The notes: generated by a model not told the origin, from the letters alone. Positions 39,701 through 55,805 are shown, counted from the stretch's first letter. The stretch is 64,000 bases of DNA from Novipirellula sp. (GCF_041583735.1 NZ_JBFHFD010000001.1:9880-73879); one strand, 5' to 3'. Made by a program: numbers and translations.

Positions 39701-41384
39701 AGAGATATCGGCCCGCAAACTCCGTCAAGTACACCGCCTTGTCATCGGGACTGACCAACAGACTCGGTGGCCCGCAGCGGTCGACAATCGCGTAATGCAG
39801 CGTGCGGTATTCGGGCAGCGGTGCGATCGCCGACATTACCTGTGGTGGCATCCGCCCCGGACGACTGAGCGGGAACACCGGCAACCGTGGCTCAGGCGCG
39901 GGAACGTTCCGACGTCGATAAATCGACAATTTCCTTTCGTCGACGCGAAATAAATCGCTGGAGTCAACTGTTTCCGAAGTGCCAAGCACCAACGTGCCGT
40001 CTGGGCACAGCGAATAGTGGAACAAATCGATCACGTCTCGCTGCACATCTCGTTGCAAGTAGATCATCACATTGCGACAAACGATCAAATCCAGCTTCGA
40101 GAACGGTGGGTCGCCCAACAAGTTGTGCGGCGCGAAGACCACTCTTTCACGAACCTCTTTGCGAATCCGGTAGCCACCACTCTCGCATTCGAAGAATCGT
40201 TTCAGCCGCTCTGGATTGACGTCCGATTCGATATCGCCTGGATAGAACCCGTCACGCGCCTTGGCCAAAGATTGCTCGTGTAAGTCCGAGGCAAACACTT
40301 GCAAATTTGGCGGCGACTCCATAGTGGAAGTGGCTTCGATCATTAGCATCGCTAGTGAGTAAGCCTCTTCACCAGTGGCACAACCCACGCTCCATACGCG
40401 GACATCGTCCCTCGCGGATTTTCGTTTGAGCAGTTCGGGAATGATGTGCTGTTCCAGTCGCTCAAACACTTTCGGGTCACGAAAGAAATTGGTGACGGTG
40501 ATCAGTAGGTCGTCGGCTAGAGCGTTGATCTCGTTGGGATCTCGCCGCAGCTCGTCAAGGTATACATCGAGCACTTCTACGTTTTGCAATTGCATCCGAC
40601 GTGTAATTCGGCGGAGGATCGTCGATCGCTTGTAACGGCTAAAGTCGCGACCGGTGCGAGTGCGCAGCAAAGCAAAAACCCGCTGGATCGCCTGTTCATC
40701 GACGCAGTCGGTCGGTTCGTCATGATCAGGGTGTGGCAGCCGGGGTCGCACGCGAGCGTAGCGGGCAACGGCATCGGGAATTTCTTGGAGTGGCAAAATC
40801 AGGTCGATCACGCCGGTGGCGATTGCACTTTGCGGCATTCCGTCGTATTCACAGTCGTTCGGGTCTTGAACGACAGTCAATCCACCTTTGGCGTTAATCT
40901 CGCGAATGCCGAGCGTGCCATCGCTACCAGTGCCGGTTAGGATCACGCCGATCGAGTTGCCGTCGTGCGTGGCGGCCAGCGTACGGAAGAAGTGGTCGAT
41001 CGGCGCTCGTAATGCGCGATCCGCTTCTAGTTCGGACAATCGAAGATGCGTGTCGATCGTATTGAGATTTCGGCCCGGCGGTATCACGTAGATATGCCCG
41101 GCACGCAGCTGCGTGTTTTGCGTGATCTGCTCGATCGGCAACGCCGTGTTTGCACGAATAAGTTCCGGCAGATGACTTTCGTACTCGGGCGACAAATGCA
41201 TGACGATCACGAACGCCAATTGACTATCGGCAGACACTTGGGAAAAAAACACCTTCAAAGCCGACAATCCGCCCGCAGAGGCCCCAATACCCACGACAGT
41301 CGGTCCAGGGTGCTGGCTGGCGATTCGATTTTCATCGGCGGGCTCTTCGCCGTTGACTTGCGGTTGGTCGTTTTCTTTGCTCAA
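36771..41384 (-). CDS. CheB-CheR-PAS hybrid sensor histidine kinase with receiver domain
   Basis: GASAGG/MHL/GTGSDG (CheB), WSVGCATGEEAYS (CheR), EELQS coiled coil, PAS repeats, HEIRTPM, GGTGLGL, DMQMP. Confidence 0.92.
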   Translation of the reverse strand: MSKENDQPQVNGEEPADENRIASQHPGPTVVGIGASAGGLSALKVFFSQVSADSQLAFVIVMHLSPEYESHLPELIRANTALPIEQITQNTQLRAGHIYVIPPGRNLNTIDTHLRLSELEADRALRAPIDHFFRTLAATHDGNSIGVILTGTGSDGTLGIREINAKGGLTVVQDPNDCEYDGMPQSAIATGVIDLILPLQEIPDAVARYARVRPRLPHPDHDEPTDCVDEQAIQRVFALLRTRTGRDFSRYKRSTILRRITRRMQLQNVEVLDVYLDELRRDPNEINALADDLLITVTNFFRDPKVFERLEQHIIPELLKRKSARDDVRVWSVGCATGEEAYSLAMLMIEATSTMESPPNLQVFASDLHEQSLAKARDGFYPGDIESDVNPERLKRFFECESGGYRIRKEVRERVVFAPHNLLGDPPFSKLDLIVCRNVMIYLQRDVQRDVIDLFHYSLCPDGTLVLGTSETVDSSDLFRVDERKLSIYRRRNVPAPEPRLPVFPLSRPGRMPPQVMSAIAPLPEYRTLHYAIVDRCGPPSLLVSPDDKAVYLTEFAGRYLCVPGGEITQNVFKLVREELRLDLRAVVHDARKRASVQRSRALSITCDGASLQVILSAYPVLGGDHDGFVLLVFDELQQIYANSQLSVDFEHGDVQLADTKQQQHLDLATPIIAPAPARFIELEAELETSRHRMQVLVEEYETSREEMKASNEELQSTNEELRSTMEELETSKEELQSMNEELRTLNQENRHRLDELKQLSGDLQNLLKSTNVATLFLDRELRIVRFTPKIGELFNIRIADRGRSLGDFTSRLGYLNLLDDAEQVLKALIPISREVCDEQGRWYLSRVSPYRSTDDRIEGVVITFVDFSERKAAELELQQTKERLEVALEAAKMGVWELDVVSGMARTNTRHNQIFGREAGEVEWSLKSFREQLLPEDQPLLDEAIKTALRSGVLDVELRVRWADGSIHWVYDRGRVTYDNDGRPKAMSGVTLETTGHRRFEQRYRSLFNTVDEGFCLLKVLFDEQDKPVDIEYLDVNPAFSVQTGLTDVVGKRFSEVVPDLEDHWFETFGRVAKTGTPERFTQRAAQLDNSYFDVYAFRIDEPGDNHIAILFENVTKRINFEQSLQKEKQIAQDANQSRGDFLANMSHEIRTPMTAILGHTDLLVEHLAGTEHASSLETIRRNGGFLLEIINDILDLSKIDAGQMRINIEPVRLDVLVSDVTRLMSMRAEGQGLALEVEFVGKLPRIIQTDPLRLRQILLNLVGNAIKFTREGSIRIIIRHVADAADLVAAPCTSNETTGVVTARETLCQIQFEIIDTGIGITTEQIEQLFQPFVQADASHTRQYGGTGLGLTISRRLAQALGGDLTATSTPGEGSTFTVVIDCGHVEGNELETLEVVAAETAETSAADIRLNATIVVVDDRRDIRFLAQHFIERAGGTVVTADNGLEAVELIARRQQAGEPIDAVIMDMQMPVMDGYEAAKRLRDSGFTAPIIALTANAMISDREHCLQAGCTDHIAKPIDGANLIRMLAKLTGK

Positions 41385-42064
41385 AGACGGTCACCATTCA
41401 TTTAACACGCTTCAGAGTGGGGTGATTTCCCGCTTTTTAGTGTATTGGATTACTCTTGGCGGTGTAAGATCCGACTACCGTTGGATAATGATGCCAACAA
41501 CGACACCGTTGAATTCCAGACTAACAACTGGGAGTTTTTTTTTGTCTCGGGACAACAATCCGAGATGCTCGGGGCGGCCGGTGGTAGCGGACGTTGAGCA
41601 AGCAGTGCGGATGGCGTGCTCCGGCTTCGATCTGGCTATTTTATCGAATCTCGCCCCGCCCATTTGGAAGCAATGAAATTTAGGTGGCTCGATTGTGTGG
41701 TCGTTGCTATCGTTGGCGATGGTGTGGAACTACCCCATGATTGCAACCGGGCGTGGAAGCTTCTGGACCCAATCCATGATTCATCGCTTCTCCGCGACGG
41801 CGTCAAAGACGCGATCATAGCGTGCAACGGACTGATAGTCGAAAACCTTGCAATCAGATGCTGCTGCGAACTGACGAAAGTGGCGGCCGCGCTTTGATGA
41901 CCATTGAAAGCCAGCATCTCCGCAGTATGCGAGATTCCGAAAACCTTACGCCGTAAAATGCTCGACTGCCAGGCGTGAGATCGCTCTATCTTCGGTGTCC
42001 GCCCAGGGAACTCCCCTGATCTGGCGAGCCGCACTGAGGTCAACGATTGGGACACCGCAGCGTT

Positions 42065-42271
42065 TCAACTGACGACCGACTGAATCCTCGCGATGATCCC
42101 GTCCCCGCCCCAAGTTTCTAACCATGCGGGTGGCGGTGCGCCACGCTCCTGCTCAGTTAAACAAACCGACCAATTGCCGTGCTTTTTGGTATAGGAAATC
42201 ACCCCTTCGAGCAAACCGCGGCTGTAGCCGTTTGAGGTCACAATCAGCAGGGCGACCGATCGTCGAGTCAT
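42065..42271 (-). pseudogene. Truncated XylR-type (LacI-like/AraC) regulator, N-terminus only
   Basis: VALLIVTSNGYSRGLLEGV...W.GDGIIARI, then an abrupt end. Confidence 0.7.
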
Positions 42272-42379
42272 CAGCTACAAAAAGCATAAGAGAGCGATTG
42301 CAAAACGCCGGCGTCAATATTGAGCGAGCGCCTCCGGGGTCCAAATCGATCCTCGGAGGCTGGCGACATAATGTTGTCA

Positions 42380-43750
42380 CTACATGTTGATTTCGTAACC
42401 CTTGCGATTCTCTCGCGAAAGGAACGAATTGGCTTCTTTGTCACCGATAATTTCACGTTTAGTCGGATCCCAATTCAATTCGCGCCCCAAGCGGATCGCG
42501 ATGTTTGCCAAGTGACAAGTCTCTAGCATGCGGTTGTGCGTCCAGACATCAGAGATCGGTTGTTCACGCGAGCGCATACCCTCGATGAAATTGGCGGTGT
42601 GGTTCTCGCTGACGGGACCACCATAGACCTTCTCCACTGCGTCATCAGGCAACGGATTCGTTTCCAAATCTTCGACCGGCTTGCCCGCCAGCTTGCCACG
42701 ATTGACGAAGAAGCGCCCCTCCGTTCCCTCAAACAAAATGCCGTTGTCACCCTCGCTAGTGATGATCATCGGAATGTCTCCGGGCATGTTGACGCGGATT
42801 TCAAACTTGGTTGGCGAATTGTATTGATCACTGACCGTCGGATAGCCGTCTTTGTATTCAACCGGTAATGAATAGCTGAAGGGCGTCACCTTGTTTGGAC
42901 CGGTATCACTCGCACCCAGTGCCCAAGTTGCAATGTCCACGTGGTGGGCACCCCAGTCGTTCATCTGGCCACCGGAGGTTTCGTACCAGTTGCGCCATGC
43001 ATAGTGACAGTTGGTGAAGAGTGGCACACCGCCACCGTAGCCTTCTCGCATTTCGGGCAAGGCACGGTAGGGCACCTTTGGTACTGGGCCGAGCCACATG
43101 TCCCAATCAAGGCCTTCGGGAGCTTTGATAGCAGGGATCACTGGCGACCCCGTGGCACCGTTGATTCCACATGTAACCTTGCGGATTTCGCCAATCCGGC
43201 CGTCGCGGATCAATGCGATTGCTTTAAGAAACCGGTGATCATTTTCGGTTCGCTGCATGGTTCCGACTTGGAACACACGCCCAGTTTGCTTGACAATCTT
43301 TTCGATCAACTTGCCTTCGTCGATGGTCAAAGTCAACGGCTTTTCGCAGTACACGTCCTTGCCGGCCAGCATCGCTTCAACAGAGATCTTCGTGTGCCAA
43401 TGATCCGGCGCTGCAATCATGACGGCATCAACGTCTTTGCGGTCAAGCACTTCACGGTAGTCCTTGTACCCATCAGCCTTCTTTCCAGTTTTCTTCTCAA
43501 GCTTATCGTTGATCACTCCCAGCACATTAGCGTCGACATCGGCAATGGCGGCGAAGTCCGCGAACTTGGTCGACTTGTCGGTGATTGTCCAGCCTTGGTT
43601 GCGCAACCCAATCGTGGCGAAAACGGGTCGTTCATTCGGCGAATCTTGCCCGCGGCTAACGGCGTTGGTGCTCATGAAAACGCCCGCCGCCGTGGCAGCG
43701 CTTGCCGTTTGAAGAAAATCACGTCGGTTGAAAATTGCCTTGGATTTCAT
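42380..43750 (-). CDS. Tat-exported Gfo/Idh/MocA oxidoreductase
   Basis: NRRDFL Tat motif, APDHWH, YCEKPLT, QVGTMQR, DWGAHHVD. Confidence 0.92.
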   Translation of the reverse strand: MKSKAIFNRRDFLQTASAATAAGVFMSTNAVSRGQDSPNERPVFATIGLRNQGWTITDKSTKFADFAAIADVDANVLGVINDKLEKKTGKKADGYKDYREVLDRKDVDAVMIAAPDHWHTKISVEAMLAGKDVYCEKPLTLTIDEGKLIEKIVKQTGRVFQVGTMQRTENDHRFLKAIALIRDGRIGEIRKVTCGINGATGSPVIPAIKAPEGLDWDMWLGPVPKVPYRALPEMREGYGGGVPLFTNCHYAWRNWYETSGGQMNDWGAHHVDIATWALGASDTGPNKVTPFSYSLPVEYKDGYPTVSDQYNSPTKFEIRVNMPGDIPMIITSEGDNGILFEGTEGRFFVNRGKLAGKPVEDLETNPLPDDAVEKVYGGPVSENHTANFIEGMRSREQPISDVWTHNRMLETCHLANIAIRLGRELNWDPTKREIIGDKEANSFLSRENRKGYEINM

Positions 43751-43814
43751 TGTTGAATCTCGTTGAGATTTCAGTGGTAAAAGGAGTGGGAATGGTTGCA
43801 CTCGGGTTCTGGAT

Positions 43815-44378
43815 CTATTTGCCCAAGTCTTTGAATCGTTCATAAGTTTGGTTCAGAGGATGCGTCTCACTGCGTCCGTGGATCATACTTGCCGTCCACT
43901 CAGATAGCCTTCTTCCAAGTCGACGACAGGCCTCTTTTACGCGTTCTTCCTCGGGTGCGCCAGCGGAGATTGCTCCGTAGTGAGCCGAGAACTTGATGCC
44001 GGAATAATCGGTCAAGCCGAACACGAGAAACCCGTAGTTGATCAGGATAGACATCAACGCCATGCAGGTCCATTCTTGGCCGCCACCCCAAGCTCCGGCG
44101 GAAGAGAAAACGCAGCCGATCTTTCCGTCGCGTTTGCCCCAATTTTCGATCGGTTGCTGGTCCCACCATTGTTTCATCTGCCAGCTGACGCAGCCATAGT
44201 TGGTCGGGGAGCCGAGCGCAAGTCCGTCACACCAATCCAAATCGGTGCTGTCGGCATCTTCAATGCTACGCAGTCGGACTTCGACATCTTCAAGTTGCTG
44301 TGCACCTTCAGCAACCAGCTCCGCCATGCGCTGAGTGTTGGTAGTGTTGGAATGATAAAGAACCAAAATCTTCGTCAT
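43815..44378 (-). CDS. WrbA-like flavodoxin / NAD(P)H:quinone oxidoreductase
   Basis: ILVLYHS..NTQRMAE, LGSPTNYG, GGGQE, HYGA. Confidence 0.85.
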   Translation of the reverse strand: MTKILVLYHSNTTNTQRMAELVAEGAQQLEDVEVRLRSIEDADSTDLDWCDGLALGSPTNYGCVSWQMKQWWDQQPIENWGKRDGKIGCVFSSAGAWGGGQEWTCMALMSILINYGFLVFGLTDYSGIKFSAHYGAISAGAPEEERVKEACRRLGRRLSEWTASMIHGRSETHPLNQTYERFKDLGK

Positions 44379-44462
44379 CGAGCCTTCCGTTTGAGTGTAA
44401 ATGATTTATTAAGGATCATCTACGAAGAATCAGCGACGTTCGCGATCCGCATAGATGATTTG

Positions 44463-44912
44463 CTAAACGAGTGATTTTTCCAGGCTGAGCGAGCAAGCGA
44501 TTTTCTGAAGCAGGGAAATCAATGTCTCTGCCTCATCCGGTGTCATGCACGCATACATGTCATCGCGAATGGATTGTCCGACCTTCCACAGTTTCCGTAG
44601 CTTTCGTTTTCCCGCGGTGGTGAGTGTTACTGTCTTAGCGCGTGAATCGGTAGGATGGCACGCCCGCTCGACCAGTTTCGTCTTTTCCAGCAACACCAGC
44701 ATCGCTCGGACCGTGCTCGGATCCGAGGAAATACGGTCGGCCAATTCGCGCTGGGTCAATGCACGGCCTTCTGACAATGCTAACAAGAGTACGAATTGAT
44801 CTGCGGTCACCCCATGCACATCAAACTTGGCGTCCGTATTGCGGTGAAGTGACATGTAGGCGGCACGCAGCGCCAAGGGTAACTCACGCTCTGGTTGTGT
44901 AGAGTCTTTCAT
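44463..44912 (-). CDS. MarR-family regulator
   Basis: VTADQFVLL, LTQRELA, HPTDSRAKTVTLT. Confidence 0.9.
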   Translation of the reverse strand: MKDSTQPERELPLALRAAYMSLHRNTDAKFDVHGVTADQFVLLLALSEGRALTQRELADRISSDPSTVRAMLVLLEKTKLVERACHPTDSRAKTVTLTTAGKRKLRKLWKVGQSIRDDMYACMTPDEAETLISLLQKIACSLSLEKSLV

Positions 44913-45285
44913 CTGTTCAAGCGATGCCCTTGAGGCGGTGTAAGATTTCTCTGCCGTAGGAAAGCGTACACAAGAATCATTCGAGCTCGTAGCCCCCATT
45001 TTTTGAAACCAATAACGGCCACGAGTTGAATGTCAATTCCTGTCGGTGGTCAGCACGATTGCCGGCATCCTGCTCGTTGGGCGCTACGCTGATCCAAAAT
45101 GCCGCGGTCTTGCTAATTCCAGTGAATGGACCGCTAGTCGCTTTTGCAGGGACCAAGACTCGCCTAGTTGCGAAGACTGGCTGCGTTCCTGTTGTCATCA
45201 ACCAAGACTTCTGACGTCGCAAAAGCAGCAGCAATGGTGAATTTGCATACTTAGTTTCGGAACTTTCAGAACCGCCTGGGGTTTA

Positions 45286-45297
45286 TGCGTATACGCA
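45286..45297. promoter_or_regulatory. Perfect 12-bp palindrome, candidate MarR operator
   Basis: TGCGTATACGCA in the divergent marR / heme-protein intergenic region. Confidence 0.45.
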
Positions 45298-45529
45298 CGA
45301 CTATCTAAAGCTGCAATTCAACGTGACCTTGTGAAATATCTCTGGCAGCGTGCGCAATTCCTCCTGTTGATTTGACCAGAAGCGGGTATAACGCACGTTC
45401 CTTCACGACATTCTCATCCCATCACCCTTTCTGGCGGCGCCGTGTCGACCACGGCGAATCCAACGGCGTCTGTGTAGATAACGCCGCTGGAGCTAGCACC
45501 GTCAAACAAATCTGACTACCGGAAACAAG

Positions 45530-48500
45530 ATGACTGCACTATTGAAACGCCTCGGGAATGCATGTCTGCTCTTCACATCACTTCTCCTCTGCGACTTCGC
45601 ATCAGCCGAGGATCCGCAAGTCTCTGTGCTGATGCTTGGCGATACTGGCTTCCATAAGCCGTCTGAGTTCTATCGGCATTTAGTTGGGCCGCTCAAAGAG
45701 CGAGGGATTGAACTTCGGTACACCGAGAATTTGAGCGAATTGAACGAGGACAATCTCGCGAAGTACGACGGGCTCATGGTCTTCGCGAATATCGAACAGA
45801 TTACCCCGGAGGCCGAGTCGTCCCTACTGAGCTATGTGCAGAATGGCGGAGGCCTGATTCCCGTTCACTGCGCGTCCTTCTGTTTCTTGAACTCCGAAAA
45901 GTACATCGAGCTCGTTGGCGGGCAATTTCAAAGTCACGGTTTTACTCGCTTTGAAACCATGATCGTGGAATCCGACCATGAAATCATGCGGGGCCTGAAG
46001 CCTGTTCGGTCGATGGACGAAAGCTATCGACACAGCAAACTCAATCCGGACAAGACGGTTCTCGAAACGCGAAGTGATGAGTCCGGCCCCGTTAGCGATC
46101 CCGAAGGCGAGCCTTACACGTGGGTCCGCACTAGCGGAAAAGGGCGGGTGTTCTACACGGCGTGGGGACACGATCATCGCACGTGGTCCAACGAGGACTT
46201 TCAGAAATTGCTTGCACGCGGTGTTATTTGGGCTTGTGGTCAGACGCTTACCGCTGCTTCTGCCGACAGCGACAAGCCCGGCGATCCAAAAGCTCACGCA
46301 GTCAACGCGGCGAATCGCTCTTTCACGACACCTGAGATGACCTCGCCTTCGGTTGACGATGAAAAGTTCTCGTCAACCGAAGTGGGTGCAAAGATCCCAA
46401 ACTACACCCCTGGTGCTCAGTGGGGAACGCAAGCTGAACCGTTCTCGAAGATGCAAGATCCTCTGCCAGCAGAGCAGTCCATCAAAGCTTACGCGACTCC
46501 GAAGGGAACGCATCTCGCGATTTGGGCAAAGGAGTCGAGCGACAACTGGCCCGGCAAGTCCGAGCAAAACGACAAGTACGGGGGTTTAAAGGGCAAGCCG
46601 ATCGCGATGAATTGGGATGAGAATGGTCGTCTGTGGGTTTGCGAAACCGTAGACTACCCCAACGAACTGCAGGGAAAACCAGCCGTGGGCCGCGACCGCA
46701 TCAAGATCTGCGAAGACACTGATAACGACGGCCAAGCCGACAGGTTCACTGTCTTTGCAGAAAACTTAAGCATCCCATCGACGCTTGTTTGTTACCGGGG
46801 TGGCGTGATCGTTCAGGACGGCGAAGAGACCGTCTATTTGAAAGACATCGACGGTGATGACAAAGCCGATTTCCGCCAGTCACTGATCACCGGCTGGGCG
46901 TTGGGCGACACTCACGGTGGTGTCAGCAATTTCCAGTACGGGCCCGATAACTGGATTTGGGGAATGCAGGGATACAACAATTCGCAGCCCGTGATCAACG
47001 GTGAGCCGCAGATGCGTTTTCGCCAAGGCTTCTGGCGATTCAAAGTCAAATCGGGTGCATCGGACAAAACAGCTCCGGCCTTTGTGATCGATGCCCAGAC
47101 CGGCAAAGTTGCTGACGCAGGATCGAGTAAGTTTGATGAGCACACGATTCGTGTCGATGCTTTGGAGTTCATGCGCGGAACCAATAACAACACTTGGGGA
47201 CTAGGCTTCAGCGAAGAGGGCTACGTCTTTGGTTCAACGGCCAACGGATGTCCGAGCGTCCATATGCCGATTTCCAATCGGTACTACGATCAAGTCGCCG
47301 GATGGTCGCCAGAGACATTGCAAAATATCGCTCCGTCACATCGATTCGTACCGATCGACGATCGGATTCGACAAGTCGACTGGCATGGTGGATTCACGGC
47401 CGGATGTGGTTCGGCAATTTATACCGCTCGCAATTATCCACAGACTTGGTGGAATCGTATTCAAATGGTTTGCGGTCCAACGGGACATCTCGTTGGATCT
47501 TTCGTGTTGGAGAAAGACGGCGCCAGCTACCGCAGTCGAAACGCGTTCAATACGGTCGCCAGCATCGATGATTGGTCCGCTCCGATCATGTCGGAAGTTG
47601 GCCCCGACGGCAACGTTTGGGTCTTGGACTGGTACAACTACATCATCCAGCACAATCCAACGCCCAACGGTTTTCAAACAGGCAAAGGGGCTGCTTACGA
47701 AAGCGATTTGCGAGACAAGCGTTTTGCACGCGTCTATCGACTGGTGACGGACGACGCTGGCGATGGTTCTGCAACACGAACGTTACAACTTTCTAATTCT
47801 AACAACGCCGGACTCGTTGCTGCATTGAGCAGTGACAATTTCTTTTGGCGCCGAACGGCACAGCGATTGTTGGTCGAAAGAGCGGCAACCGATGATGCGA
47901 CGCTCAGCGATCTCGTAGTCTTGGTCAACAGCGAACAAGTTGACGAGATAGGGTTGAACCCGGCGGCGATGCACGCGATTTGGACGCTAGCCGGTTTGTC
48001 AGAAGCCGGCAGTGAATCAGCGGTAGCGGCTCTGGCAAAGGCATGCGAAGCCGGTTTTCGCCATGGTTCTAGCCCAGTGCGCAATGCGGCGATTGCAAGT
48101 TGCAGCAGTGAGCAAGTGGTAAAGGCGATCGACGAGGGACTGCAAAACGACGTCGATCCGAAGGTGCGATTGACGGTGTTGCTGCGAGTCGCCGAAGGAA
48201 CTGCAAATGCTGCGATCAGTGGTGACGACCTTGTTGGCTTGGTGCCTTCGATCGAAGACGACGGTGTCTTATTGGACGCTTGGACTTCCGCAGCGTCGAC
48301 CGATCCCGCTGCGGCGATCGTGGCGCTGAGCAAGATGGATCAGTCTGTAGTAGATTCGCTGACACAACGGATCTCGGTCCTGGCGGAACACTTGGCAAGA
48401 AACCAGCCGACGGCAGAGCAAATTAGCCGGCTGCTAGAAATCTCGCCCGATTCGTCGGTTGCCGTCACCGTTTGGGAAGGCTTGGCGAAAGGTTGGCCAC

Positions 48501-50158
48501 GAGATCTGGTTTTGTATCTTTCCGACGAGTCACAGCGAATCGTTCGTGAAAAGTTTTTGGCCAACGACACTTCGGTCGAAAGCAAGGCGGCAATTCTGGC
48601 GGTTGCCGATAAATGGTCGATCACGAATTTGAGTGAGATCGTCGGCGAGATTCAGGATGAGCTGTTGGCGACCACTATGGACGCGGATGCCGATCTGGCA
48701 AACCGCTTGAGTGCCTGGGATCAAGCCATCCGACTGGCACCGACGAGCCCCAAGATTCTTGACGCGGTCGAAGCGTTCTTCACTCCGCAACTGGCGCCAG
48801 AAACCGGGGTCGCGGCTTTGAGCTCGCTGCAAGCCTCGCGAGTGGAAGGGCTTTCCGAATCGCTGTTGGATTTGAGAAAATCGCTCGGCCCGGAAATTGG
48901 AGATCAGATTTTGACATTGCTGCTTTCTCGAGCCGATGGCACAGAGGATTTGCTAGAAGCCATCGCTGATGGTCAGGTGCAGTTCAATGATCTGCAGTTG
49001 GATCAACGCCAAGCATTGCTGAACCATCCGACGTCCTCAATTGCCGACCGCGCGAAAGAGTTGATGGAAACGCGAGGTGCGATGGTGACATCCAATCGCC
49101 AAGCATTGGTTGACCAATGGATGCCAGTCGCTCACGTGAAAGGCGACGTGACAAACGGATTGGCAATGTTCAAGAAACACTGCTCGGCTTGTCATATCCA
49201 TGGCGAAGTCGGAAAAGAGATCGGCCCCAATCTGACAGGCATGGCGGTTCATCCCAAAGAAGAGATATTGATGAACGTCCTTGATCCTTCGCGTAGTGTC
49301 GAGAACAATTTCCGTACCTATCAAATTCTGACTGTCGATGGGGACGTGCTATCGGGAATGTTAGCGGGTGAGTCAGCCAACTCGCTGCGCATCATCGACA
49401 CGCAGGGCAAAGAAAAGCTGGTGCTTCGCGAAGACATCGAGCAACTGACATCGTCTGCCAAGTCACTGATGCCCGAGGGTTTTGAGAGCTCGATCAGTAA
49501 AACTGAAATGGCTGATCTGCTATCGTTTCTTGCCAAACGTGGCAAGCATGCGCCGTTGAATATCTCCGGTGTTGCGACCGTCAACAGCGGCAAGGGGCTT
49601 CCCGGATTCCGCGGCCGGCCCGGGGACAAGTTCGTACTGGATTCGTACGGGCGTGTGGAGGTGGAAGGAGTTCCATTCGAGCTGGTCGATCCTCAGGGAG
49701 ATCGGATTGCCAACATCATAGGTTTGCAAAGTAAATCGTCACGTTTTCCGAGCACGTTGCCTGAATCGGTCAGCATCGACTGTGCTGGAAATGTGGAAAC
49801 GATTCACATGCTGGGAGGCGTCGCCTGGGCTGCCTACCCACGCTTCAAGGACGAAACGACCAGCATGATTGTTCGTCGTCACTACGCCGACGGTTCGACA
49901 AGTGACTTCGAATTGGTCAACGGCAAACACATCGTGACTTATCAGGCAGGCGAAGATGTGCCGGAATCAAAATTGGCGATTGAGGCCAACGGCAAGCAGA
50001 TTCGCTACTTGAAGATTCCTGCCGACGCTGAGAAGGAGCTCACGAACATTGAATTCGTGAAAGGCGGTGACTTTTCACTTCCGCTCGTGTTCGCCGTCAC
50101 AGTTGAGTTTGCAGGCGAGAGCGAAGATGCAACGCAGAGTAGTCAAGGTGACAAATAG
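45530..50158 (+). CDS. PVC-type heme-binding protein: ThuA-like + beta-propeller dehydrogenase-like + HEAT-like + cytochrome c
   Basis: ThuA GRVFYTAWGH; DTDNDGQAD, NNTWG, GPDG; CSACH..IGPNL..LMPEG. Confidence 0.88.
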   Translation: MTALLKRLGNACLLFTSLLLCDFASAEDPQVSVLMLGDTGFHKPSEFYRHLVGPLKERGIELRYTENLSELNEDNLAKYDGLMVFANIEQITPEAESSLLSYVQNGGGLIPVHCASFCFLNSEKYIELVGGQFQSHGFTRFETMIVESDHEIMRGLKPVRSMDESYRHSKLNPDKTVLETRSDESGPVSDPEGEPYTWVRTSGKGRVFYTAWGHDHRTWSNEDFQKLLARGVIWACGQTLTAASADSDKPGDPKAHAVNAANRSFTTPEMTSPSVDDEKFSSTEVGAKIPNYTPGAQWGTQAEPFSKMQDPLPAEQSIKAYATPKGTHLAIWAKESSDNWPGKSEQNDKYGGLKGKPIAMNWDENGRLWVCETVDYPNELQGKPAVGRDRIKICEDTDNDGQADRFTVFAENLSIPSTLVCYRGGVIVQDGEETVYLKDIDGDDKADFRQSLITGWALGDTHGGVSNFQYGPDNWIWGMQGYNNSQPVINGEPQMRFRQGFWRFKVKSGASDKTAPAFVIDAQTGKVADAGSSKFDEHTIRVDALEFMRGTNNNTWGLGFSEEGYVFGSTANGCPSVHMPISNRYYDQVAGWSPETLQNIAPSHRFVPIDDRIRQVDWHGGFTAGCGSAIYTARNYPQTWWNRIQMVCGPTGHLVGSFVLEKDGASYRSRNAFNTVASIDDWSAPIMSEVGPDGNVWVLDWYNYIIQHNPTPNGFQTGKGAAYESDLRDKRFARVYRLVTDDAGDGSATRTLQLSNSNNAGLVAALSSDNFFWRRTAQRLLVERAATDDATLSDLVVLVNSEQVDEIGLNPAAMHAIWTLAGLSEAGSESAVAALAKACEAGFRHGSSPVRNAAIASCSSEQVVKAIDEGLQNDVDPKVRLTVLLRVAEGTANAAISGDDLVGLVPSIEDDGVLLDAWTSAASTDPAAAIVALSKMDQSVVDSLTQRISVLAEHLARNQPTAEQISRLLEISPDSSVAVTVWEGLAKGWPRDLVLYLSDESQRIVREKFLANDTSVESKAAILAVADKWSITNLSEIVGEIQDELLATTMDADADLANRLSAWDQAIRLAPTSPKILDAVEAFFTPQLAPETGVAALSSLQASRVEGLSESLLDLRKSLGPEIGDQILTLLLSRADGTEDLLEAIADGQVQFNDLQLDQRQALLNHPTSSIADRAKELMETRGAMVTSNRQALVDQWMPVAHVKGDVTNGLAMFKKHCSACHIHGEVGKEIGPNLTGMAVHPKEEILMNVLDPSRSVENNFRTYQILTVDGDVLSGMLAGESANSLRIIDTQGKEKLVLREDIEQLTSSAKSLMPEGFESSISKTEMADLLSFLAKRGKHAPLNISGVATVNSGKGLPGFRGRPGDKFVLDSYGRVEVEGVPFELVDPQGDRIANIIGLQSKSSRFPSTLPESVSIDCAGNVETIHMLGGVAWAAYPRFKDETTSMIVRRHYADGSTSDFELVNGKHIVTYQAGEDVPESKLAIEANGKQIRYLKIPADAEKELTNIEFVKGGDFSLPLVFAVTVEFAGESEDATQSSQGDK

Positions 50159-50213
50159 ACTGGCGAGCTGACTAAGCAAAAAGCGATTGATCGGTATTTT
50201 TAGACGCAAGTGA

Positions 50214-55805
<5,592 letters not shown>

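Noticed and set aside
41636-42055. 139-aa ORF with LRR...GHQS vaguely like an integrase C-terminus
   Set aside because: No catalytic Tyr at a suitable distance and no other support
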